The notes under the pieces were generated by a model. The model saw only the letters and a program-made list of their open reading frames with translations. It searched no databases and was not told the DNA's origin. A stretch of DNA of 40,155 nt from a virus. Taxonomy: Duplodnaviria; Caudoviricetes. Positions 1 through 6,593 of this stretch are shown here, in pieces. Each line of letters starts with the position of its first letter. Within the stretch, counting starts at the first letter, position 1. The DNA is taken from positions 1 through 40,155 of the IMG/VR virus record IMGVR_UViG_3300025635_000051. One strand, written 5' to 3'. A program made the translations under genes and the position numbers.

Positions 1-142
1 CTTCCACCACATTGTCTGTTACATCACCCAAACATTTAATCATTTCGGCAAGTCGTTCTTCGAGAAGAACCATTTCCCATTTGTCAAAGTGTTCGCCACT
101 AAAACAATGTTTCAGGACTTCGTTTATGTGTTTGTGCAAACC
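1..142. repeat. Terminal direct repeat, left copy (circular overlap)
   Basis: Identical to 40014-40155 except position 16 C versus 40029 T. Confidence 0.95.
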
Positions 143-220
143 CAAATACAGAGTTTTGATTTCCAACATTTGGATATCGTTTAACACATCTTGATTGAGA
201 TATTTTACTTCATCGCTCAT
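1..220 (-). CDS. Hypothetical early protein, 5' part (MSDEVKYLNQ...); continues across the circular junction to 39910
   Basis: ATG at 220 with AGGAG RBS and ATGA overlap with the upstream stop; frame joins ORF 39910-40152 (LHKHINEVLKHCF...). Confidence 0.8.
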   Translation of the reverse strand, partial: MSDEVKYLNQDVLNDIQMLEIKTLYLGLHKHINEVLKHCFSGEHFDKWEMVLLEERLAEMIKCLGDVTDNVVE

Positions 221-444
221 TTTGTTTCTCCTGTTTCTTTTTCGTTGATAAGTGCCATCAGTTCTTCTTCTGTGTAACTAATCCATTTGGTTGCATCCAT
301 TGACAGTAAATCAAATTCAGACCAATCCAATATTTCACCAAATGATTTATTGCGAAACACAATCCAATAAAACGCTTCCAATCTTCCATCGCCCCAACTA
401 CGGTTGCAGCGATATCCGTGAATAATTCTTTGTAGTTTGTTCAT
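217..444 (-). CDS. Hypothetical early protein (MNKLQRIIHG...)
   Basis: In ORF 217-525; start chosen at the TAATG overlap with the upstream gene. Confidence 0.6.
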   Translation of the reverse strand: MNKLQRIIHGYRCNRSWGDGRLEAFYWIVFRNKSFGEILDWSEFDLLSMDATKWISYTEEELMALINEKETGETK

Positions 445-641
445 TATGACCATGCCTGTTCTGTGTCGCTGAAAGTGCGAATCAAACTTTGAGTTGCTTC
501 GCATTTCATTCTCCAACCACACCACTCATTCACACGAGCCGTGTCTTGCCACATTGGCAAACGGCGACGCTTGCGTCGTCGTTGTGCTTCTTCTCGTCGC
601 AAAGAAGTTGGTGTTGGTGCTGTATCTCTATGTTCTTTCAT
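444..641 (-). CDS. Hypothetical basic early protein (MKEHRDTAP...)
   Basis: ATG 641 preceded by AAGGAG. Confidence 0.6.
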   Translation of the reverse strand: MKEHRDTAPTPTSLRREEAQRRRKRRRLPMWQDTARVNEWCGWRMKCEATQSLIRTFSDTEQAWS

Positions 642-673
642 TATTGTTCTCCTTGTTTGTGTTGGTATATCTA

Positions 674-738
674 CCCAAACGGGTAATTGAGCCCACAAGT
701 TTCTATGTAGAAACTTGTGAACTCTCAACGCGTTTGAA
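674..738 (-). other. Long intergenic RNA hairpin capped by the 18-bp palindrome
   Basis: Perfect inverted repeat 694-719, extended by pairs that are G-U only on the - strand. Confidence 0.7.
698..715. promoter_or_regulatory. 18-bp palindrome AGTTTCTA-TG-TAGAAACT, copy 1
   Basis: Identical copies at 2068-2085 and 2119-2136; all intergenic. Confidence 0.75.
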
Positions 739-742
739 TTAA

Positions 743-916
743 CTACGAGTTAATCGCGCACTCCATATTGCCGAACTGTGCAGAGAACTGCATCTGTTTG
801 GCAATGAGTTCATCATCAAACACAGATGACAACATTTCTAACTGAGCGTCATCTGTAATGAGCGTCTCCAAGCGTGAATAGAACGCTTGATTGTATAGTG
901 CTGGTCTTTCTAACAT
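743..916 (-). CDS. Hypothetical early protein (MLERPALY...)
   Basis: ATG 916 with AAAGGA RBS, downstream of hammerhead 1. Confidence 0.65.
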   Translation of the reverse strand: MLERPALYNQAFYSRLETLITDDAQLEMLSSVFDDELIAKQMQFSAQFGNMECAINS

Positions 917-948
917 TGTCTTGTCCTTTGTTTGTATGTTTCTAACGA

Positions 949-1012
949 GCAAAGACTCATCAGACCTGTTTAATCAGGTGACACTCGCCTAAGCGAGTGT
1001 TTCTGTCTTCGC
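949..1012 (-). ncRNA. Hammerhead ribozyme type II (HH1; extra A before GAAA)
   Basis: - strand GCGAAGAC-A-GAAAC-ACUCGC(UUAG)GCGAGU-GUC-ACCUG(AUUAAA)CAGGU-CUGAUGA-GUCUUUGC: three stems plus conserved core. Confidence 0.8.
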
Positions 1013-1252
1013 ACTCTTTAATTTGCATTGAACCAAGAACTCATCGGTATCTGGAATTGCATAATTAAACAGAAATGCCATTTCGTATGCCAACATCAAC
1101 AACTCGTGGATTGCATTTGGCTCGCCTCCAGATTTCTCTACCCGAGAAGCAAATCCAATTTCCAATCTTCGTTTGATGTCTTTATTAGACCGAGCATCTT
1201 CTGTTTTGATTTTTTCTTGGATTAATGTTTTGTGTGTTTTGTTTGTAATCAT
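989..1252 (-). CDS. Hypothetical early protein
   Basis: 87-aa ORF in the early cluster; stop codon lies in HH1 loop III. Confidence 0.65.
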   Translation of the reverse strand: MITNKTHKTLIQEKIKTEDARSNKDIKRRLEIGFASRVEKSGGEPNAIHELLMLAYEMAFLFNYAIPDTDEFLVQCKLKSAKTETLA

Positions 1253-1274
1253 TGTTTCTTTCTAGCATTATCGG

Positions 1275-1334
1275 TTGATAATACTCTTTGACTCACGAGC
1301 AGGGGAGTGCTCGTGAATCGCAGACTGTTATCAA
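1275..1334 (-). other. Long imperfect intergenic RNA hairpin (RNase III-site-like)
   Basis: UUGAUAA/UUAUCAA base plus 12-bp GAUUCACGAGCA/UGCUCGUGAGUC upper stem with a U-G pair on the - strand. Confidence 0.65.
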
Positions 1335-1340
1335 ACAGTG

Positions 1341-1514
1341 TTAAGCGAATATCTCGCTTATGTTGCTGGATGTTGGGCAAATGATTGCTGTGTGTTCTTC
1401 AATTGCCTTGAGAATATTCTCTCGCTCAGCGACCCAAGCAGCATCGCCAAGTTCTAACTTGGTGAGAAGTTTGATTATTTCTCCCTTGGAATATTCTTTA
1501 TCTAACTCTGGCAT
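1341..1514 (-). CDS. Hypothetical early protein (MPELDKEY...)
   Basis: ATG 1514 with AAGGAG RBS, downstream of hammerhead 2. Confidence 0.7.
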   Translation of the reverse strand: MPELDKEYSKGEIIKLLTKLELGDAAWVAERENILKAIEEHTAIICPTSSNISEIFA

Positions 1515-1537
1515 TTGTTTATCTCCTTTTGTGTTCT

Positions 1538-1587
1538 GATGACTCATCAGTGCGCTTCGCGCAGACCCCTCACGGGGTTTCGTCATC
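1538..1587 (-). ncRNA. Hammerhead ribozyme type II (HH2; canonical core)
   Basis: - strand GAUGAC-GAAAC-CCC(GUGA)GGG-GUC-UGCGC(GAA)GCGCA-CUGAUGA-GUCAUC. Confidence 0.9.
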
Positions 1588-1598
1588 GGGACGAATTC

Positions 1599-2045
1599 TT
1601 ATTTAGATGCCTTACGAATTGCTTTCTGCGTAGCGATAGGCAAAGCCTTAAACGCTGGCGAAGCAAACAATTTCTTGAGGGCATCTTCTGGACTAAGCGC
1701 TACGGCTTTGCGAACAGTCTTCTTCTTTGGAATGCGTGAATACGCATCATCAAGATGAAGCAACTGATTGCTTTGGTATTTGGCTCGCAACGCTTTGGCT
1801 TTTGGTGAACTGCCGTCAATGAAAGCAGCGAAACGAATTGCCTTGCTAAGTTGCGCCTTGATGTTCTTGTCAGGGTTCGCCTTAATCAACGCTTGACGAG
1901 TGAAGTCAAGGTTGTGAATTGCGTAACCGATAAGATACCAAGTCTCCAACATACTTTTGTGTTGGAGAACCATTGCTTTCTCTGTGTTGAAGATTTGGTT
2001 CAACCAAGAGCAAGCCTGGCTTAGTGTTGTCTGTTTGTGTTTGAT
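1599..2045 (-). CDS. First early gene, basic hypothetical protein; start uncertain (ATC 2045 or TTG 2003)
   Basis: ORF 1599-2003 stays open upstream to an ATC placed 6 nt after AGAAGGAG. Confidence 0.65.
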   Translation of the reverse strand: MKHKQTTLSQACSWLNQIFNTEKAMVLQHKSMLETWYLIGYAIHNLDFTRQALIKANPDKNIKAQLSKAIRFAAFIDGSSPKAKALRAKYQSNQLLHLDDAYSRIPKKKTVRKAVALSPEDALKKLFASPAFKALPIATQKAIRKASK

Positions 2046-2067
2046 AACTTTCTCCTTCTGTTGTAGA

Positions 2068-2136
2068 AGTTTCTATGTAGAAACTAATCCTGCCTAACAA
2101 TTAGACAGGCGACTAAATAGTTTCTATGTAGAAACT
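2068..2136. promoter_or_regulatory. Tandem 18-bp palindromes (copies 2 and 3) in the early leader
   Basis: AGTTTCTATGTAGAAACT at 2068-2085 and 2119-2136. Confidence 0.75.
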
Positions 2137-2462
2137 ACTCACTCGTCTGCCTAAGTATTATTGAGAGACTAAAAAAGTAGAGAGCACGCTAAGAATTGCG
2201 TGCGAAATAAATTGTGAAACGCTGTTGCGTTATGACCTGCCCCCATACCTAGACACCAGCACAAAGCCCAACAACCAGCGTGTGCGAGCGCCCGAGACAT
2301 ATACCAAATACACGCCATATTGCGCCGTTGCGAACTCGCGCGCGCATTTGGCGCTCTTTGCGCCAGCACAGCACGAGGGGGGGCAGGGTGGGGGTGCGGC
2401 CCGTTGCGATTAATGGATGGTTTCGTCGCGTGTCCGTACAGACCATTTTTAAAAAATCTGTT

Positions 2463-2696
2463 TTATACCCCTTCAGGGTTCAATTCACGCCGTTTTATTT
2501 TTGCTACGCAAGTTTTTGCGCAATACAGTACGCCTTTGTATTCACGAATTATGGCGCGCTTTGTTTTTTTGCTACATTCTGGGCACACATGGTTTGTGTC
2601 GGGTGTCAAACCAACGTACAGCGTTGGTTTGCCGTAATCCTCTTTAGGCGCTACTGGTGTGCTGGTACTACGCTTAGCTGGTTTTTTGCCAGCCAT
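2463..2696 (-). CDS. Small Cys-motif (zinc-finger-like) protein
   Basis: CPEC...CAKTC; abuts upstream gene. Confidence 0.65.
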   Translation of the reverse strand: MAGKKPAKRSTSTPVAPKEDYGKPTLYVGLTPDTNHVCPECSKKTKRAIIREYKGVLYCAKTCVAKIKRRELNPEGV

Positions 2697-2969
2697 TTAA
2701 CAATTCCATTTTCTAAGTGCCAACGCTTTGCGTGTTGGGCGACCCTTACTGTCTTTCATTGGGCCTGGCATGCCACCCATTCTGGCGCAAAACGATTTGC
2801 GGCGTTTTGCCGCTTTTGACCCTGGTTTTAATTTTGATGGTTTTGTTGTAACTGCCATCTTTAGTTTTGAGCCAGGGTTTTGTGCACGGTAGGACGCAAC
2901 GCCCTTGGCGTTAAGTCCGCCTGTGGGGTTTTTGCCTTCCTTGCGTTGCCAGGCTGCTGTTTTAGCCAC
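2697..2969 (-). CDS. Conserved basic phage protein (DUF6321-like)
   Basis: AWQRKEGKNPTGGLNAKG...RRKSFCARM...LRKWNC signature recalled from phage proteins. Confidence 0.7.
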   Translation of the reverse strand: MAKTAAWQRKEGKNPTGGLNAKGVASYRAQNPGSKLKMAVTTKPSKLKPGSKAAKRRKSFCARMGGMPGPMKDSKGRPTRKALALRKWNC

Positions 2970-3063
2970 GATGTTTTGGACCTTTCATCAGCTTGCCGTT
3001 AGGCATGCGATGAAAGCCTTTAGGCACTTTTTTAGAAGTTTGTTTCTTTTTTGTATGTGCCAT
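2962..3063 (-). CDS. 33-aa basic peptide MAHTKKKQTSKKVPKGFHRMPNGKLMKGPKHRG (not in ORF track)
   Basis: AAGGAG RBS; stop overlaps start of next gene. Confidence 0.65.
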   Translation of the reverse strand: MAHTKKKQTSKKVPKGFHRMPNGKLMKGPKHRG

Positions 3064-3168
3064 TACAGTATGCTCCTTAAACCCCGGCTTGTGTTGGCCT
3101 TAATCGCTGGCGCTTAGGGCGCCGCGATTAACAGCAACTGGGGAAACAGGGTTTTTCCGTTTCCCCCC

Positions 3169-3219
3169 CTATAGTCCCCCCCAAAGCGTTACATGTAACA
3201 AACTGCCTACACATTGATG
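3169..3219. promoter_or_regulatory. Back-to-back GTAAC promoter-like motifs at the strand switch
   Basis: GTTAC-AT-GTAAC at 3188-3199; leftward GTAAC-N14-TATAG, rightward GTAAC-N12-CATTG-ATG. Confidence 0.6.
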
Positions 3220-3645
3220 GCAATAGAAGAAGCAACGCTCACAGTTGCACAACAAAATTATCTTGACTGGCTGTGCACCGCTCCCTCGGAGCGGGTGCCA
3301 GCCTCCAAAGCCAAGTACGCCATAGAACACCAAGTAGACGAAACCACCCTACGACGCTGGCAGAAAAAAGAAGTGTTCGTCAACGAATGGAAGAAACGGG
3401 TAGACGACATCCAAGGCTCACCAGAGCGTACACAAAAGCTTCTGGACACACTTTACAACAAAGCCCTAGAAGGTGACACCAAGTCAGCCCAGCTTTACCT
3501 ACAGGCCACCAACCGTATGTTGCCACCTACGGTAACGGTTAACTCTAATAAGAAGGCAACGGAGTTGTCCGACTCTGAGCTCGATGAACTCATTGGACAG
3601 ATTGCTGCCCATGAGAAGTCGCGACGTAATTTCAAGGTGGTGTAA
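3217..3645 (+). CDS. Terminase small subunit (HTH)
   Basis: HTH VDETTLRRWQK, ALEGDTKSAQLYL, C-terminal LSDSEL motif; first gene of the structural arm. Confidence 0.7.
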   Translation: MAIEEATLTVAQQNYLDWLCTAPSERVPASKAKYAIEHQVDETTLRRWQKKEVFVNEWKKRVDDIQGSPERTQKLLDTLYNKALEGDTKSAQLYLQATNRMLPPTVTVNSNKKATELSDSELDELIGQIAAHEKSRRNFKVV

Positions 3646-3941
3646 TGGGTCAAACCAATGACCAAATGTATGTTGCTTTAATGGCAATGTATCCCGAAGC
3701 TGGTGATACTTTGGCGGATTTGCTGTACACCCATTGGTCTACTGTTGGGTTGCAATATCGTGGCAGTTTGCAGTATCAGTATTACAAAGATGCTGGGGTT
3801 GCTGGTTCTACTTGGGGTGATGTTGCTAACGCGTTTTGGTCGGATGGCGATTTTGTTGTTTACAATCTTGAGATGGAAGATGGTAACGATTTGTTGTTGG
3901 AAGATGGAGGTTTCGTTTTGATGGAGGCTGGCAATGGCTGA
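3645..3941 (+). CDS. Virion-associated hypothetical protein
   Basis: C-terminal LxxEDGxxLLLEDG repeats; translationally coupled. Confidence 0.6.
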   Translation: MGQTNDQMYVALMAMYPEAGDTLADLLYTHWSTVGLQYRGSLQYQYYKDAGVAGSTWGDVANAFWSDGDFVVYNLEMEDGNDLLLEDGGFVLMEAGNG

Positions 3942-4230
3942 TAGTAAAATAACACAACTTACTGCGTTAACCGACTTAGCTTCTGGCGACCTGTTTGTTG
4001 TTGTTGACAGCGTTGACGGCATTCCTGTCAGCAAAAAGATTACGGCTGCCAATGTGGCTAGTTACATCAATAGTCTTGTCCCTGCCGGTGTTACAACCTT
4101 GGATGGTTTGAGTGATGTTACGATAACTTCTGTTAGTAGCGGACAGTTGTTGTCTTACAATGGTTCAGCGTGGGTTAATAGCGCCCCTGTGGCGGCTTTC
4201 AACCCTGTTGAAGCCGCAGTATTCATGTAG
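3934..4230 (+). CDS. Putative fibre/decoration protein
   Basis: KITQL N-terminus and LSDVTIT...GQLLSYNGSAWVN motif typical of phage fibre proteins. Confidence 0.6.
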   Translation: MADSKITQLTALTDLASGDLFVVVDSVDGIPVSKKITAANVASYINSLVPAGVTTLDGLSDVTITSVSSGQLLSYNGSAWVNSAPVAAFNPVEAAVFM

Positions 4231-4263
4231 GGAACGATTTAACCACTTATTAGGAGATAACAA

Positions 4264-4626
4264 ATGGCAACTTTTACAAAGAAAACTCTTTCAGCAAGCA
4301 CAGATGGCAAAGCCATCAAGGTTGCTCAAACCGCTACTGCTGGCACACTTGTTCATACTGGTTCAACAACCACGACAACTCTTGATGAAGTTTGGTTGTA
4401 TGCGGTTAATACCTCCGCATCGTCAGTAAAACTGACGATTGAGTGGGGCGAGGCAACTGCACCTGATGGCAACATTGAAGTAACTGTGCAACCAGAAGCA
4501 GGTCTTGTGACTGTAATTCCTGGGTTGCTTATCAAAGGTAATGCGACTGCGCTTACTGTTCGTGCGTTTGCTGCGACTGCAAACGTTGTTTGCATTCACG
4601 GTTTCGTTAATCAGATTACGGTTTAA
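4264..4626 (+). CDS. Putative virion structural protein (beta-rich)
   Basis: AGGAG RBS; Thr/Val/Ala-rich. Confidence 0.65.
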   Translation: MATFTKKTLSASTDGKAIKVAQTATAGTLVHTGSTTTTTLDEVWLYAVNTSASSVKLTIEWGEATAPDGNIEVTVQPEAGLVTVIPGLLIKGNATALTVRAFAATANVVCIHGFVNQITV

Positions 4627-4628
4627 CC

Positions 4629-6344
4629 ATGCCCAATAGGCGTGAACTTGGTTATGTAAGTAGCGGTAATACCCCGACTGTTGTTGGGCAGGTTGGCGCT
4701 TACGGTGTAGGTTCAGGCGGTACTGCCACAACTATTACTTCTGGTGGGTCTAGTTATAATCTTTACACTTTTATTTCCGACGGTAACTTTGTTGTCACTT
4801 CAGCAGGCTTGTTTGATGTGCTTATGTTTGGTGGCGGTGGTGGCGGCGCAAGCGGTCGTGCCGCAACAGATAGTGGTGGTGGCGGTGGCGCAGGCGGAGT
4901 TCTTGAACAAAGCATCTATCTAGAAGCAGGCACATACGCTGTTGATATTGGCGCTGGTGGTGCATCAAACTCTATTGGTTTAGGTTCTAATCTCAATTCA
5001 ACTGCTCGTAGTTTCGGTGTTGGTGGCGGTGGAACTGGTCATGTTTTTGGTTCTTATCAAAACGCAAGCGGTGCTTGCGGTGGTGGTGGAACTGGTACGG
5101 GTGACGCAGGTGCGGTAATTGGTGGTGCAGCGACAAATGCTGGCATTAACGGTTTTAACGGTGGTACTGCAACTGCAACAAACGGTAGTGGTGCAGGTGG
5201 TGGCGGTGGCGTAGCAGCAGTTGGCGCAAATGCTTCTGGTACTACTGCTGGTGCAGGTGGCGCTGGTTATGATGTCAGCGCTTTCATTGGTGGCTCAGCA
5301 TTGTTTAAGGGTGGCGGAGGTGGAGGCGGTTCTCGGAGTGGTTCTGCTGGCGCTGGTGGTTCTTCGGTAGGTGGCGCTGGTGGCGCAGGTTCTTCAACAG
5401 GTACGGCAGCAGGAGCGAACACGGCTTCGGGTGGTGGCGGTGGTGCTGGTGCAGCAGGTGGTGCTGGTGGTTCAGGCATTGTTTATATTCGTAGCAAAAC
5501 TAGCGCAGTACAAAACCTGAGTGGATACGGAACTGCTACAGGTGGAAGTTCATCAACGATTACTGTTGGTAGTCAGAACTATACGCTGTTGTCTTTTACG
5601 AGTGATGCGAATTTGACTGTTAGCACAGGTGGTTTGTTTGATGTGTTGCTTATCGGTGGCGGTGGTGGTGTCAATGGCGCATACGGAACAAACAGCCCCA
5701 GCGGTGGTGGTGGCGGTGGTGGCGTATTAGGAATTACAAGCACAACAACCGTTTATCTTACCGCAGGAACATATTCTGTTGATGTAGGTGCTGGTGGAAG
5801 TGGCACAAATACTTTAGGTTCCGCAACACCTGGTTTGAAATCTTCAATAGGAAACCTAATTTCTGTTGCTGGTGGTGGATGTGGTGGTTTTTATGACGGT
5901 CAAGCAAATGTGTATCCAAGTGGCGCATCAGGTGGTGGCGCAAATGACCCTGCATTAACTGGTGCGGGCGGAAAATCTGTTGATTTAAATGTTGGCAACA
6001 ATGGTGGCGGAACTACTCATGGTCTTAATGGTGGCGCAGGTGGCGGTGGTGGTGCTGGCGGTGCGGGTGGCAACACAAGCACAACAACAGGCGGAACAGG
6101 TGGTCACGGGAAAGATATAAGTCCATTTATTACTGGCGCAACTTATTATGCTGGCGCAGGTGGTGGTGGCGGTGGTTCAGGCGCAGGTGGCGCAGCAGGT
6201 AATGGTGGAGTTGCGGGTGTATCTAGCGGTAATGGCAATAGCGGTGTTAATTATGGTGCTGGTGGTGGCGGTGTAAACACACAATCAACCGCTACTGGTG
6301 GTAGCGGTGCATCAGGTGCAGTCTATGTCAGGTTCAAAATCTAG
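4629..6344 (+). CDS. Glycine-rich fibre/receptor-binding protein with two tandem Gly-rich domains
   Basis: Repeated FDVL..GGGGG / YL.AGTY.VD.GAGG / G.SG.VY.R units. Confidence 0.75.
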   Translation: MPNRRELGYVSSGNTPTVVGQVGAYGVGSGGTATTITSGGSSYNLYTFISDGNFVVTSAGLFDVLMFGGGGGGASGRAATDSGGGGGAGGVLEQSIYLEAGTYAVDIGAGGASNSIGLGSNLNSTARSFGVGGGGTGHVFGSYQNASGACGGGGTGTGDAGAVIGGAATNAGINGFNGGTATATNGSGAGGGGGVAAVGANASGTTAGAGGAGYDVSAFIGGSALFKGGGGGGGSRSGSAGAGGSSVGGAGGAGSSTGTAAGANTASGGGGGAGAAGGAGGSGIVYIRSKTSAVQNLSGYGTATGGSSSTITVGSQNYTLLSFTSDANLTVSTGGLFDVLLIGGGGGVNGAYGTNSPSGGGGGGGVLGITSTTTVYLTAGTYSVDVGAGGSGTNTLGSATPGLKSSIGNLISVAGGGCGGFYDGQANVYPSGASGGGANDPALTGAGGKSVDLNVGNNGGGTTHGLNGGAGGGGGAGGAGGNTSTTTGGTGGHGKDISPFITGATYYAGAGGGGGGSGAGGAAGNGGVAGVSSGNGNSGVNYGAGGGGVNTQSTATGGSGASGAVYVRFKI

Positions 6345-6363
6345 AAAGTTAGGAGAATAAACA

Positions 6364-6591
6364 ATGTCAGCACAATACTTCGCACAACTAGACGACAACA
6401 ATGTAGTAACCCATGTCGCTGTAGTGCAACGAGAGTTCCTAGAGGCGAATCCTCAACGCTATGAGGGTCGTTGGGTTGAAACCTTTTTTGATACTGAGGG
6501 TAAAACTTATGCTGGTATCGGTTTCACTTACGATGAAGTGTCAGAGGATTTTGTTGAGCCTGTTAGCCCTGTGATTGAGGATGAGGTTTAG
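6364..6591 (+). CDS. Small fibre-associated protein, paralog A
   Basis: YFAQLDDNNVV...TYAGIGFTYD; AGGAG RBS. Confidence 0.7.
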   Translation: MSAQYFAQLDDNNVVTHVAVVQREFLEANPQRYEGRWVETFFDTEGKTYAGIGFTYDEVSEDFVEPVSPVIEDEV

Positions 6592-6593
6592 TT

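Noticed and set aside
1320-1345. UAACACUG resembling a twister ribozyme start on the - strand
   Set aside because: Remaining twister core and pseudoknots not found; a simple long hairpin explains the region
1536-1590. A + strand hammerhead starting at CTGATGA (1536)
   Set aside because: No correctly placed GAAA and stems on that strand; it is the mirror half of a palindrome
2058-2136. TTTCTA..TAGA repeats resembling Cas12a direct repeats or a mini CRISPR array (two copies 33 nt apart)
   Set aside because: The 2-nt centre cannot form the Cas12a TCTAC-loop-GTAGA handle; there are only two adjacent copies, the intervening sequence base-pairs with its flanks, and no cas effector is present
2169-2819. 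Overlapping ORFs 2169-2369, 2225-2413, 2249-2446, 2280-2819 and 2320-2637
   Set aside because: No RBS, atypical composition, or antisense to better-supported genes
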